64,000 nucleotides of DNA from Massalongia carnosa (GCA_965645245.1 OZ287068.1:1612001-1676000); one strand, 5' to 3'; shown: positions 13,172 to 27,001, counted from the stretch's first letter. Made by a program: numbers and translations. The notes: a model not told the origin generated them from the sequence alone.

Positions 13172-14759
13172 AATTAGAAATGATTTATGCTGGAATATTT
13201 ACGAGCTTTACAAAAACAAATTTTAAAATCGATATTTCGATTACTAAAGGTTGTTACTAACACGGAGTAAAAACGGGGCAATATTGACTATACATAGTTG
13301 GGTTATAAAGGGTTGATTTATTTGTAAAATAAAACCATATCTTAAAATAGTTTAGTGTCATAACCTTAGGTTGAATACACTTAATGAATAAATAAAAATA
13401 GGAGGATTGATCCTAAGCATTTGTTTAAATGAAGGTGCTGAGTTCCTAGGTAATTCAGTAGTAGATGCCCGTTTTCATGATTGTTTGGAGGGCTGTTTGG
13501 GGGGCTGTTTTGAAGGCTGTTTAGGAGGCTGTTTTCGAGGCATGATGGCTGGAATAACTACGTTGAAAGTTCATATAAACGACAATCAAAAGGATATCAT
13601 TAACCGTACTATCCTATAGACTGCAAAGGGCAGTGTGAAGGGGAGGAAGGCTATTAACTACTGCACCAAATTCTGGTGTGTGGTCCAATTCTGTCGCTTA
13701 TTTTTTTTTTTTTTTTACCGCGCAGTTTCGGGGTTCAAAGTTCGGCACACCATTTTGCAAACGGGTGTACTACGATCATCTTGAATATGTTGATTAAGTC
13801 AAAAATCGGAAATGATATTTTTATTAAATTTATTGTAAATAACAAAATCGCGACTAGAAAATAGATACTAGGACAGCTTGATGACGAAATTATCGTAACT
13901 GGAGGTTGGGGAGAGATCGATCAGTAAAATCATAAATGAGTTATGCTGAAACATTTACGAACTTACAAAGACAAATTGTAAAATCGATAGTTTTTCGATT
14001 ACTATAGGCTGTTACTAATAAGGAGTAAAAATGCGGAAAAACTGACGATAAATAGATTGGTTATAAAGGGTTGATTTATTTGCATTATAGAAACATATCC
14101 TAAAATAGTTTAGTGTCATAACCTTAGGTTGAATACACTTAATGAATAAATATAAAAAAAATCAGGTTCACTCTCCAAAAAACGCATCAAATTGCCCGAA
14201 ACTCTAGCCAAAGCGGAGAGCGCGCTAGCCATTCAGATACGCTCAGAAAAGATAGGCCTAGCCGCCTTCCTATATAGATACCGAGTCCCAGACGTCTCGT
14301 CCCCGAACTGCTTATGTGGCTGGCACAAACAGACCGCAAAACATGAGATCATGTTTTGCAAACTCAACGACAACAGAAAAACTCTGCTAAATACGATAGA
14401 CACAAACAACTACCGATTAATTACTGAGTTATCTAAAGCAATGAACTTAGACATAAAGTTGCTAATGAAGACAGGTTTGTTGTCACAATTTTCGCTGACA
14501 GCACAGCATCTATACTGCTAACAGTAGGCATGCTTTTTATTCATTTTTCATACTTGTCTTAGGTGAAAGGTTTTTTCATGGAGCACACGGCTGGGACCCG
14601 GAGGGTCCTCGGCCGGACACAGGATTGCATAGTATTTCTTCCTCAAAAGGTTTTCCATGTACTATAAAACTAGATAGACTCGCCCGCATGGGCCGGCCTT
14701 CGGCCGCTACCATATCGGAATAAGTATCATCATTATCATCATTATCATTACTCGATGTC

Positions 14760-16692
14760 AAAGGCGCTTTTGGATTCTTTGCCAGGTATATCAGCTCGTA
14801 TTTGTGTGGCGCGAATACGGAGCCGTGGCGAGCGGCCCATCGTTCGCAGTCGTTGAGTATTTTTTGCAGCGTTTTGCAATTCTCTTCGGTGGACTTTCCG
14901 TACGCCAGAATATTGACGTCGTCTACGAAACCCATGCCCGCTGCGTTGGTTCCTGGTCTATTGCAAATATTCGAGTAATTCTGTATTATAAAAGAGATAT
15001 AAAATGGGAGACAAAGGAGATCCTTGCGAGGAAGCTTTCTATCCATTTCGTGATCCATTCCGGAATTTTTCTCTTTCTCAGATTATGAATGAGCCTACGA
15101 TGTGAAACCGTATCGAAGGCGCCTGAGATGTCGATACTAAGAAGCGATGCTACTTTGTCTTTCCCTTGATTCTAGACCGTGTGTACCTGCTCCGTGAGCA
15201 GTTCGAGCGCTGTGTCCGTTGCGCGGCCTGGTCTTTCTCCCATTTGCGTGTCTGGAATTAATTTGAGTTTTTCCGTTAAATAGCTTATTTTCCTTGCTAT
15301 AATGGATTCTAGCATTTTTCCAAGCGTGTTTAGGAGCGCAATGGGTCTCCACGCCTTAGGATCTGCGTAATTACTCTTTCCTGGTTTCTTCAGCGTGATG
15401 GTGTTGGCGGTTTTGAACGCTCGAGGATGATAACCCTGCTCTGCGCAGGCCTGGAACAGTTATGTCAGCAACTTGATTAGATTTTCCGAGCATGCCTTGA
15501 GAATTCTATTTGTGATCCCGTCCGGACCGGGTGCCTTGTCTGGTTTCGACCTACGAAGCGCTGCCGCCACTTCTTCTTTCGTGATCAGGATGGGGCAGTC
15601 TGGGGTTTCCGGGTACGTGTATCCTACGATGTCGCTGAGATCTGCGTCCGGGGGTAGGGGGAAGAAAGATTTCTTTAACATTTTCGCTTTCTCTTCGAAG
15701 GTATTGGCTATCGTATCAGGGTCCTGGGTTGTGGCCAGGGGGGGCATTTTTGGGATTTCTCTAGGGGCGTCACTTTTGTTTTTACCCCACTTTGCTAGAC
15801 GGAAGAGTCCGGATTGGGAAGTTGTGATTGTGGCTATTTGCTGTTTGAAGCAGAGATTTTTTGCTTTACCGATAATTTTTTGTTTCTTATCGTTTGCTTT
15901 GACGTAGTTTTTCCAATCTGCTAGGTTTCTTTCCGCGGTCCAGATTCTTCGTAGCCTACGAGTCTCTCTTGTTGCGTCGTCGAATTCCTTATTCCAAAAG
16001 GGTTTCGCCTCCGGGCTTGGTCTGGCCCATGGTACTGCTTTATCTACGATTTCCTTGAGGTAATCCTGGATTTCCTTGGTATATTGATCGATTTCCTCGA
16101 TGCTATACGGCATGCGTGGTACGGGGGTTCTTTTCTCGATTTCTTTTACCTTCTCAATATTTAGAAGTTTCCAGGCCCTTCGTGGGAGCTTTGTGAGGGG
16201 TTCGCAGGAGAGCCGCTGTCTCGTTGAAATCGGTATGTGATATTGATTTATCTCCGGGACCGTGGTGCAGTGTTCCAATCTCTCCGTTAAATCTTCTGTC
16301 ATGAAAACCAGATCAATAGTGCTGGTCGAGTTTCTTGCTTCCTATATAACTGTTCCTCTTGGAAGTGTGAGAGAGGGATTTTTGTTTTCTATAATGTCCA
16401 GCAGTTGTTCCGACGCCTCGTGCTGTCCTCGTACCCCTGCTCCACCCCAGTATGGGTGATAGAGATTGAAGTCTCCTAGAAGAATATGCTCTCCGGGGTC
16501 TTGTAGTTGGTGTAATACGGTCGATAGGGTAGACGCGCTAGTTATCGAGAAAGTGGATAAGGGCGATGGATTGTATACGTTGTGTATGTGAATCATTTTT
16601 ATTCCGTTTCCGATTTTTACTTTTATTTTCAATGTGCTCATATCCTTTGACGGGTATTCTACTTCCCAGCTTTCTGGGTCTATTTTATTACG
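14760..16692 (-). pseudogene. Degenerate Tad1-like LINE ORF2 fragment (endonuclease and RT)
   Basis: HNVYNPS, LLGDFNLYHPYW, PDKAPGPDGI, GFVDDVNIL motifs across ORFs 16342-16821, 15460-16302 and 14576-15058. Confidence 0.85.
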
Positions 16693-18548
16693 TAATCCGG
16701 TAGTTCTCCATGCAGTGAGTACGTTTTTCTCACTGATTGCTTCCTTTCTTGCCTCTTGAATGATCTTTAAAAAGTCTATCTTGTCAATCGAGCAGACGTT
16801 GAACAGGGTGACGACCTCCAATCATTTTTTATACTCCCAGGACAGAGGCCTAAACACATTTACATCTAGAGGTTGTAGCATATGTGTTTGTCAGGGCATA
16901 GAAGGAATAAGGGCTAAGCTAACTAAGCGGGGCTTAGTTCTACGGCTAGGCTTAGTCATATGGAAAGCAGTTGGTCTGCGTTACGCGGCTGGTATCTACT
17001 GCCGAGAGTATAGTACGAGCGATCGAGATATACGAGGATGCTCGTACGATTAGTGAGCGAATGGTACGATACAGTCAGCACAGTGTCCACGATACAGTCA
17101 GCAAAGTGTCTACGATACAGTCAGCACAGTGTCCACGATGCAGTCAGCAGAGTGTTTAGCCGGCTTATCCGGTAGGAGTAATCGGCGGTCAAGATAGTTA
17201 CAGTCTCAAGGGCCCAGAGGGTCAAGGGCTTCGGTCCGGGTATATAAAGAGGCTGCTCGAGGGAGATGCAATCTTCAACGATTAGTCTTCCGCTTTACCT
17301 ATATACTTCTTTTAGTATATTAGTATAGCAAATCATTAGTGTCTTCACATTGTCACATATCCCTAGGCCTGGTGTCTGCTAATCGCCAGGTCTGACTCTT
17401 ACAGTGTTGTATGAGGAGGTAAACATAGTAAAATGAATTTCTTTTCATTGCAGAACTTGATGAATTCAGTAGAAATATGGGAAGCATGACCGTCTACCAC
17501 AAGAAGTCGATATTCACCGTGTAAATATTTTGCAGTAGCAGGTTCAAAGCATTTTTTCAAGCAATCAAGGCCTAGTTCATTATCGGTCTATCCATTTTCA
17601 CTGGTAGCGATTTCACTTTTGACGTCGTTCAAAACATCGTAATAGGCCTTCTGCTTGTTAACCCCTTTAAAAATGACGAAAAGTCGTAAACTTCAACCGG
17701 TGGTGCCAATGGCCTCAATTAATCACACCTATTCTCTGTTACTTGATTGTGCTAAAAAGGCTTGCTTTTCATATTTAGAAATTACTACTTTTGCACTACC
17801 GGCTACTCCTATCATAAATCCCTTTTCGTCCATGTTATAAATGTCTTCATCGAGAATTCCGTGTTTTTGTTTGGTAGAAAGAAAGAGGTTAAACCAATGC
17901 TGAAAAATCTCTTCATTCTCCGCGAATAAACGATCTTAATCTAAGGTGCGACAGTATTTAGCCTGCAAATCGGAATGACAATTCAAAAAATGCTGTTGCC
18001 AATTGACCCCAAATGCAGTATGATTTCCCCTAGCTCTTAATAACTCGATAGCCATCTGACGTAACTGAGCGATTTTAGCACGCCAGCCCCAGGCATACAA
18101 TTGAAGAAGCCAATTCATCAAAGCGTTCTCCTCCTCGAATGTCAACAGTTGTTTGATTTGATCCGAAATAAATCGTTGTTGACGGCCATAAATGCGAGAA
18201 TAGAGAGTAGTCTTCGAAACAGCGTATAAACTAGCCGTCTTTGTGATAGAAAGAGCTCTATCAGCTTTCTTCCAAGCCAGAAGGGCTGATTGAACGCGTT
18301 GTTCATATGTGGAGGGGGGTAAAGGATGGAAGGACTTGGAGGTTTTGTGTGAGGTAGATTTTTTACAAACACCCATTATAACAATCTTCAAATTATGAGT
18401 ATGTTCAATTATGATTTTCAAAGCTAGATTTATTTGTATGAAAAATGTATGAAGTAAAGGCTTCAGCATCTCAGAAGGTGAATAAATTATGTTTTCGGAA
18501 TTTCTTAGTTCCGTTGAACGGTTTGTTCCGTTGTCTAGTGAGTTACGT
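16693..18548 (-). mobile_element. Fot1/Pot2-like (pogo) transposon, 3'-truncated, interrupted by a solo LTR
   Basis: Minus-strand terminus TA|ACGTAACTCACTAGACAACGGAACAAACCGTTCAACGGAAC; HTH region in ORF 17936-18469; NMDEKGF, VDGHASH and LQPLDV motifs. Confidence 0.88.
16889..17403. mobile_element. Solo LTR (515 bp) with ~23-bp tandem repeats
   Basis: TG...CA; TSD GTGTT at 16884-88 and 17404-08; repeats CGATACAGTCAGCACAGTGTCCA at ~17067-17157. Confidence 0.85.
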
Positions 18549-18577
18549 TAAGCTCTTCTTCCACACCTTGCCCATAC

Positions 18578-19633
18578 TGTAACGGTTAGACCAAGCGTGG
18601 TGCGGACGGTGTGAAGGGATAAACTGGGTGGTGGCGAGCGATAGAAGGATGAAACAAACAAATAAATAACCGAAGCAACAGAGCCTCACTGCATCGATGA
18701 ATTAATCGTCATGCCTATCAATGGCCGACTAGCTGTATAAGTAAAAGTGTTCATGATAGCGGTATGTGTTGATAGCAGTATGATCCGAAGATGGATATCC
18801 CGAAAGATGAGAAGGAAAGTTTGAGAAAAAGATTCATATAACCGGAACGCCAAGACGCCAGCACCCGACCACATGACTAATCACCTGACTCATTACCTCA
18901 CTTGCCACCGACCCGGTGGAGTTCCACTCCACCCCTCTACAACGGCAGTACCTACAGCGAACATAGCAGGAGTCCCAGTTATAGTAGAATAGAGCTTGGT
19001 CTGCGGACTAAGTATTGTGCCTTTTGGTCGGGAAGGACAGGTGGCGCAATGGTAGAAATCTATTCACTATCTCGCTTCGTTACACATTGTCATGAAACGG
19101 CTTCGAACCAAAAGGATCTCGGCCTTATCCCTCGTTGCCCCCTCTATCCTGTCCCTACCTACCGTACCGTAGGTTCATTGGATCTACCGCGGGTTTATTG
19201 GACCTAACGCAGGTTCATTGGACCTAACGCAGGTTCATTGGAACTACTGCGGGTTCATTGGACCTACCGCGGGTTCATTGGACCTACCGCAGGTTCATTA
19301 GACCTACCACAGCTTCATTGGTCAGTACGCGCTGTTCCAACCTTTCTCGATGCGGTTAGATCGAGTACGGCTCCGCCTCCGATCTTCGAAACCATAATTA
19401 CCCGGTCCCCATTAGGTGTCTTCGTATTAACTTAGGAAAAGGAGATGAATAGGAGACATCAAAGATCAAGAAAACAAAGGGGTAATTAGGTGAGGAACAG
19501 ATATAAAAGAAGGGGTCGAGTCTTGAAAGTTTTGGCTCCTTGCCCGACGTCTTGAATAGCCAATCTAGCCTAGCTGTAGCTATAGACTCAGTCAATTAGA
19601 AAGCTTGACCATCCAATCCAGTCCCTTGACACA
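18578..19633. mobile_element. LTR-like insertion (1056 bp) with 20-21 bp tandem array
   Basis: TG...CA; TSD CATAC at 18573-77 and 19634-38; GGTTCATTGGACCTACCGC(A/G) units at ~19170-19322. Confidence 0.75.
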
Positions 19634-19984
19634 CATACTACCTGGTATTTTCGGTCACCGAAACACTTCGGTCACCGAATGTAATGCGGATGGCGCTAGA
19701 GGGATACGTGATCGCCTACAGCGGTTGCGGGATTAACTAGCATGAGCCAGGCCGTAGTACTTAGTCGTATAGCCGTCGAGGCTGACACGACGCCACCTTG
19801 TCATACAACTCCAAATTAGTTGTTACTACGTTCTAGACTGCTTACAGATCAAACACCTGTCGAGGCCGTAGTGGTAGATTACTATAGAGTAAGGCGAACT
19901 CCTGTGGAGACTAGCCGTGAACTCTATATGGAATCTACTGGCCTACTCGGAGCTACTCGACCTCTTGATACATCAAGAGTTAAA

Positions 19985-21014
19985 TGTAATAGGCTACGAG
20001 ACCAGTAAGCTATTCACAAGCGACACTAATCTCGAAAGGGGAAATGCTCAGCGTGAGAGGAGGAAGATAGCTACTACGTGCTAGTCTCCGAGAGTATACG
20101 TGATCCAAAGAACTACTGGATGTGGAAGTGCTTAGACCAAGAGATCTCGTCCGAGACCCAAACGTAGGTTGTTCATAGAATAAAGACTAATTGCTAACGA
20201 ATACTACAAGATTCGTTCTGATATTTATCCTACTCACCCCAAGCCTATAGCCTTGGGAGCCTTGGAACCTTAGGAGCCTTGCAAGCCTTGGGAGTCTTGC
20301 GAGTATTACAGCCTTGCAATCCACATCCGACTTTATCGCATTATATCCAACCATCCCTCAGGATCCATCCACGAACTCGGCGTTCGCTGGATCATCTAGT
20401 CAGCCTCGAGCAACCTTCTAGATCTTCCCTTGCAAGGTAGAACAATTCTACCCCCGGCTAGATCCCTCACTACATGCCTCAGGCTATGTAGCTTCATTTC
20501 GCCGTCACCACTACCTAGTGATGGAAGGTTACCTCCGACTGAATACCTCGCTACACTGCGGACCTTACTCTAGACACAAGGTCTAGACAACGAGGTCATG
20601 TAGGTTCATTCAGCCGACATCACTACCAACGTAGTAATAAAGGTTGAAGCTGAAGTTTACACCGGGGAGCCTAGCTCAAGCTGCGTCCAGCGAGCCGTGC
20701 CTCCTGCTACCTCTCTTGATCCATCAAGAGATCCAGTAGCTCCGAGTAGGCCAGTAGATCCCATATAGAGTTCCTTGGCGTCTCCACAGGAGTCCGCCTT
20801 ACACTCCATGGCAATCTACCACCACGGCCTCGACAGGTGTTTGATCTGTAAGTAGTCAAGAACGTGATAACAATAACTCCGAAGTTTCGGGGTAAGATGG
20901 CAGTGTGTCAGCCTCGACGGCTTATGCGACTTCGTACTACGGCATGGTCCACGCTAGTTAATCCCGCAACCGCCATAGGCGATCACGTATCCCTCTAGCG
21001 CCATCCGTATTACA
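19985..21014 (-). mobile_element. L1-family solo LTR, inverted relative to its host
   Basis: Reverse complement of 5646-6675; TSD TTAAA at 19980-84 and 21015-19. Confidence 0.9.
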
Positions 21015-21336
21015 TTAAAGCAGGAGGCACGGTGTCAGGCAGCTTGCCCTGATATTATTCAGTAGCTATGAATTAGAATTTAACTACAAGGAAGGAAAGA
21101 AAAGAATAATCATCGCTGAACTCCTAAACATAATCTACCGTGGGTGCGCTAGCCAGTCAAGCGACGCGCGCTACTGCTTAGGCGAGTCACGCTGTCCCGT
21201 GACCACCAGAGCATGTCGGGTCAGGCCAGGACCCTGACACTACCCCCCCTTCTATGGACGACGTCTCGGAGTCGTGAATAATTCGCTCCGTTCAACCAAT
21301 TCTTGACTAAAGAAACGAAAAATCCCTTATTCGAAG

Positions 21337-24300
21337 CTAAGCCTCATCGGGTCCATCTACGGTTTCCGTAGATGGTCTGACGTTATCGATCGTCTGATCC
21401 ATCCTTGTGAGGTCCTCTGGCGCCTTCGGTTTTCGAGGATGTTCTCTATGATATTGCAGAACCTTTTCGATAGACTTTCTGAAGTCGGTCCATGGTTGCC
21501 AAGGTGGGTCAGCGTTCCATTCGTCCCAATTTCCAATATATGTAGCCTTATACTGTACCCCAAATTTCCTTGTCTCTCGACAGTCCACTATCTCTAAGAT
21601 TTCCCACTCTTCATGTGTTGCCTCCTTATCGTTCTCGGTGATCAAGACAGGTGGGCCGGGAGGCAGTACTTGCCCTGGGAACGGATTGGACGGAGCGAGA
21701 TGCAACTTCCATGGATGAAATATTGGGGTGAGTCCCACATTCTTTAAATGCTGTGGTATGTCAAGCTCATATGCCTTGTTATCGATTATCCTAACAATTT
21801 TCCAGGGACCAACGTTTTTAAACCCGAGGGAACGACTTGGACGCTCTGATGCGAAATTTTTAGCATTAACGTACACTAAATCGCCCACTTTGTATTCTGG
21901 GTGCGGTTGACGATCTTTGTTAGCATGTCGTGTTTGTTCTTCCTGGGCCCATGTTAGCTGATTTCTTAACCATTCTCGCATTGCTTCCTGGCGAGCGACT
22001 ATTTTGTCAGCATGAAGTATCTCGGCTTTTCCCTTTTCTTCATATGTTCCTGGAGGCTCTATTCCCGAACGAGGATGAAAGCCGTGATCTGCGAAAAATG
22101 GTGTCATTCCTGTCGAAACGTTAACATGATTGTTGACGGCGAACTCGGCATCTGAAAGATAGTCGACCCAGTTGTCCTGAGTATAATTGATGTATGATCG
22201 AAGGTAGTTCTTCATTACTTTATTTGCATTCTCAGTTTGACCATCCGTTTCTGGATGATGCGCTGAAGAGAACTTTATCTTTACTCCGTATCTTTCACAA
22301 ACTCTTTTCCACAGATGAGCAGTCAGCTGACTGCCTCGATCGTTTACCGTTGACAATGGAAAGCCATACGAGGAGAAGAGTCGTCGAGACATGGCGTCCA
22401 TTAATTCGTCGGTGGAGAGTGACGTAAGCGGTTCGTATAATCGTCTTTTTGTTAGACGGTCTACTATCACTAATATGTGTTGATACACTCTATTCCTTCG
22501 CCGACATTCCGGCAAAAACTCCACAAAATCTAAAGAGACGTCTGTCCATTTTCTGTTCGGTATGGGTAGAGGATTCAGTAAGCCCTGTTTCTTGACATTG
22601 TATGATTTTGACCTTCGACAAATGGAGCAGTTCACTGCGTATCTTTTGCAGTGATCCTTCATGTCGAACCAGAAGTAGTTTTCCATCAGTGACTGATACA
22701 TGCTTTTATATCCCGGGTGTCCTTGCAGAGGAGGTTCGTGATGTTTCTGCAACAGGCATAATTGAAGAGGTTCATGATCTGGGACATACAGCCTATCTTT
22801 GACATATAGTCTTTCATCTTTCACTTTGAGATCTCCCATGGCTAATTTGATCCCTTTCTTTATAAGATGCGATGGAAGCTTGCGAAGTTCTCGTGTTTTG
22901 GCAGCGATTATGTCTTGAACTACTTCATCTTTTTCATAAGCTTCTTCAATTAGTTCTTCTAGAGGTTTCGCTGATGGATCTTCTTCCGAATCGTCGCCTA
23001 GTTCTTTCACCGGATTTTCATTTAAAATCTGACCCTGAGCCTCTTCATCGTCCTCGATGGCCTGGGGTTCCTCAGCTTCTTCGTCAGTGTCATTTGTTCT
23101 TGTGTTTGCACAGAAGATCACTGATAAAGCCTTCTTTACGTCATCGTCTAGTTGATGCTCCTGTAGCAATGTCTGGAATTGATGTTGTTGTCGAGAGTCG
23201 TCAAACCCTTTTGGAAGATCTTGAGAACGTCGAGTAAGTGTGTCCGGCTTTTCGCCTTGTCTGCCCGGTCGATACATGATTTTGAAATTGAACTCCGAAA
23301 GGAATTCAGCCCATCGGGCTTGTCTGCGGTTCAGTTGCTTTGTCGTCATAAAGTGTTCCAGGTTTTTATGATCAGTATAAACTTTGATTGGCTAGTCAGG
23401 CGCAGCACTTGCTGCCTCGGGCCGCCAGACCTCGAAGCTCTTTATGATAGCGAGGAGTTCCTTATCATATATCATGTAATTACATTCGGCCGGTGTCATC
23501 TTCTTGGAGAAATATGCTACCGGTTTGAGCACTCCGTCATGCATCTGAGATAAGACTCCGGCAGTGACGAAATCCGAAGAGTCTGTTTCTATCCATGTCT
23601 CTAGAGAAGGATCATAGTGCGCTAACACTGGTGCAGAAATGAAGGCCTCTTTCAAATCTTCGAAAGCTTTTTTACAATCTTCGGTCCAGGTGAACACGTT
23701 ATATCGGGTTCTCTTCTTGCCCGACTTGGTCGTTATTTGTTCTCCTTTTGTTAATTCCGTCAGAGACCTTGTACGCTGAGAGAACTTTGATATGAATCGT
23801 CGATAGAAGTTTGCAAAGCCTAAAAAAGCTTGCACGTCCTTCACGGACTCCGGAGTTTCCCATTTCAAAATCGCTTCAATCTTCTCGGAATCCATTTGTA
23901 TTCCTTCAGTGGTGACTATAAGTCCGAGGTACTTTACTTTAGTCACCGAGAATTCACATTTGTCAATGTCAACTTGGAGTCCTCGTTCCCCCAAGCGTTT
24001 AAGAACCTTCAAGACGTGATCTGAATGTTCTTCCTCATTATCACTGTAGATCAAGACGTCATCCAGATAAGCAGTACAAAAGACGTCTAAATATTCCCGA
24101 ACCGAATTATTTATATAACTCTGAAAAGTCCCTGGAGCATTGCATAAACCGAAAGGCATGACCAGATATTCGAACTGGCCATATCTTGTGTTAAAAGCGG
24201 TAAGCCATTCATGTCCTTCTTTTACTCGAAGACGATTGAATGCCGTAATAACGTCTAGTTTCGTGAAGCGTTTTGCCTGCGAGAGTTTTCCGAGCGTCTC

Positions 24301-25329
24301 GTTAATTAGGGGAATAGGATATCGATTCTTTACTGTGATGGCATTCAAGGCTCGATAGTCCACACAAAATCTCAGTCCACCACCTGGTTTTCGAACTAGA
24401 AGGACTGGAGCTGCTGCTGTCGACGAACTGGGACGAATGAATCCCTTTCCCATATGTTCGTCAATATACTTCTTGACAGCTTCCAACTCCTGTTCTGACA
24501 TAGGCTTATAGTTCCTGACATAAGGGGGTTCTTTTCCGTCCATGAGGTTGATCTCGTGATCCTCCTTACGATGTTCCGGTAGTTCGTCTGCTTTATGCTT
24601 CATAAAGACTTCTATCATGCTATGATACTCTGAGGGAATTTTCTTCAACAATTCTTCGCGGGAGTACTCGGGTTTGCCTTTCATAAACTTGTCGTAATCC
24701 TTTGAGGTGACGGCCCCAGTGGTTGTGGCACAGAAGGTCTTATGTTCTCGGGGAGTCCATAAGTATCCCTCGTGATCTTTCTTCCTAACCATCCGAAAGA
24801 AATGTTTCGCATTGACCGGAAGGACTTCGATATCGTCTTTTGTTCCGATCCTATTCTTTGCCCTACTTCCAACAGCAAATTCGGTGCAGGTTATTCCACG
24901 CGAAAGGCATCCCATTTCCAAGCAATCGGCAGAGTTAAACTTCATAATTCGCTCTTTCCAGTCAATGCTGGGGTTGTGAGTTTGTAGCCATCCATCTCCT
25001 AGAATAACCGCGTACACGTCCAGTTTTACTACATAGCAAAGGACTTGTTCTTGATGATCCCCGATTTTGACGTCGACTAGGGCGGTCCTCGTGAGAAGTT
25101 GGGCAACCTCTCCGTTTCCAAGGGTCAGTTTAACCCCCGTTTCTAATTTGGAGGTGTTCAGTTTATTTACACGCGCGAAGGATTCATCAATGAGCTCAGC
25201 CTCACTTCCATTATCAACAAGTAAACGAGTTTTAATTCCAGCTATGCTAGTTTTAAATACTAGATGCTTGCCCTCGATCTTCTTTTCAGTATCGAGAACA
25301 GCACAACTAGAGACCCTTACTGTCTTCAT
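21337..25329 (-). pseudogene. Gypsy pol (protease, RT, RNase H, integrase, chromodomain) with one in-frame TAG at 23392-94
   Basis: LVDNGSE, YLDD, ETDSSD/YDKELLA, H..H..C..C, DRG...PETDGQTE, GPWKI, EEWEILEIVD. Confidence 0.93.
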
Positions 25330-25397
25330 TTCAGCGCTACCAATTTCACAAATGACATCTTTCTTAAGACGTCCTTGATCGCGATTTTGATCAAGGA

Positions 25398-27001
25398 CTA
25401 AGCTTTTCCCGACTCGGAGTCAGAGTCTATCTCAACAATTCTTGTAGTGTTAAGCTTCTTTTCTTTAAATTGAGGGCAGATCGAGTCGTTTCCTCGATGA
25501 CCTGACCCCCGACATGCCCAACAGCGTCCCTGACGCGACAATGTCTCTCGCTCTTCCTTCTCCAACTTTTTGGGGTTGAGGTCAGGATCGTACCAAACCC
25601 CTATCCAACCAGCGGGTTTGACTATCGTGGCGCTGAACTTGGAGTTTGGATGATCACCCGACTTCTTCTCTTTTGCACTCGATTGACGAGAATCGGAAAT
25701 GGAGGTTTGTCCACTCGAGGACTTGCCTTCGCGACCAGAGTTCTTTGACGGACCAGACTTCTCTGGCCGAGGAAAGTAGTGAGCGACATCCTTGCGTCGA
25801 TCTTCGATTCTCCTAGCTTCGTCGAGCAAGGGACGAAAGTCGGTGAAAACTGAACCCATCAGTGAATTAGAGATGCTTGGCTTCAATGTTACAAGAAACT
25901 TCTCTATCCTCTCGTCGATGGGGGTTTTGGCCTTTTGCCAAAGCTTAAAAATTCGATGATAGTACTCGCTTACACTTTCACCACTTTTCATTGTGATGGT
26001 GATGAGTTCTTTCTTGGCATCTCGACTCTGGAGATGTATGCCCATATAATGTTCGATCTCGTCGAACAGAGCGTCAATGGTGAGAGAGTCGCCCATGTCG
26101 ACGACCCAGGAGTGCATAGCCCCAAAGATAGGCGCTTCCATTTGCGATAGAGCATAACTGACCTTTTCGCCCTCGTCGGCGTAAAGCGGAGAATCGGTCT
26201 TAAGCTTGTTTCGGAGTAGGTATTGCCAAGGACTATATTCCTCAGCGTCTTCGCCTTTCAGAGGCTTGCTGGGGTGAATGCCACGTGGACGCCAGTTCTG
26301 GGGATTTATAGTGGTGCTCTGGGTTGTAGCAGTGTCCTCCCGTTGGCCACGAGAGGAGTCGGGAGCTGCTAGCCGTCGCTCAAGATTCTCCTTCTCTTTC
26401 TGTAAGTCCTGTTGGGCCTGGAGGGCTTCTTCCAACTCAATTTCTTTATGCGAAAGCTCTTCCTGAGCAAGAAGGATTTGGCGTTCGTCTTCATCCTTTT
26501 CGTCAGCGAAACGGTCATTAATCTGCTTATATTGTTCTAAATGCTTCTTGGTCTTGATAAGCTTCTCATGAAGCCCGAAGCTTTTTTCGTACAGTGTTTG
26601 TCATAGGGAATTGCTCTAGACAAAAACTCATACCAACGAGGACCTTCGTTCTCGTCTAGGACGGCATTTCGGAAGTCTTCTAGGTTGCGAATTTTGTATC
26701 GTGCGGGATGTTTCCGAGTTTCTCGTTCGTAGTATGGATGTTCCGAGATGTCAATCTCGCGAGCCCCTTCCTTCTCATTTCCTGACCCAGCCTTCGGGGT
26801 CTTTTCTAGTGTGCATTCTGTCTCGTCTCCCATCTGCTCACCGGGTGTAAGCTCGGAGTCTTCGAACGTCCCTGGCATACTATCAGAGCGAGCCGAATGA
26901 CGGGACATGGAACGGGCGCGAGTGTTAAAAGCAGGGCCTGCTTGAGCGTCTTCGCGAGGAGCGCCGGCCTTTCGAGCAGTCAAGGGACTTTTCGAACTCA
27001 T
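25398..27001 (-). pseudogene. Gypsy gag with one apparent 1-nt frameshift near 26595
   Basis: ORFs 26537-27001 and 25398-26435; CWACRGSGH knuckle-like motif; ends GGGAAAAGCTTAG (likely -1 gag-pol slip). Confidence 0.85.

Larger units (their letters stand above)
4732..13398 (+). mobile_element. Full-length Tad1-like LINE (family A) with long 5' leader
   Basis: 14-bp direct repeat TAGGAGGATTGATC at 4718-4731 and 13399-13412; ORF1, ORF2, 3' UTR and A-rich tail. Confidence 0.85.
4075..13767 (+). mobile_element. Tc1/IS630-type TIR element, internally deleted; ~1 kb own sequence (4075-4731 and 13413-13767)
   Basis: Long imperfect TIRs (CACCCGTTTGCAAAATGGTGTGCCGAAC... / ...GTTCGGCACACCATTTTGCAAACGGGTG); TA duplication at 4073-74 and 13768-69; HTH-type fragments 4288-4660 (YLDEMC*FLYDEFDVLVSESTVSRTL); no DDE domain seen. 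Confidence 0.88.
3636..14159 (+). mobile_element. 5'-truncated LINE family A copy; own sequence 3636-4074 and 13768-14159
   Basis: Homologous to ~12580-13398; 10-bp TSD AATCAGGTTC at 3626-3635 and 14160-14169; A-rich tail. Confidence 0.88.
3130..14523 (+). mobile_element. Fragment of a second Tad1-like LINE (family B), split by nested insertions; own sequence ~3130-3635 and 14160-14523
   Basis: GAFKASPIAELEAET motif near 3190; joining across the AATCAGGTTC duplication gives continuous YTPVQSGSLSKKRIKLPETLAKAESALAIQIRSEKIG...CLCG...H...C; left boundary approximate. Confidence 0.75.

Noticed and set aside
19170..19322. CRISPR-like array
   Set aside because: Head-to-tail tandem repeats with no unique spacers, inside an LTR-like element in a eukaryote; same for 17067-17157
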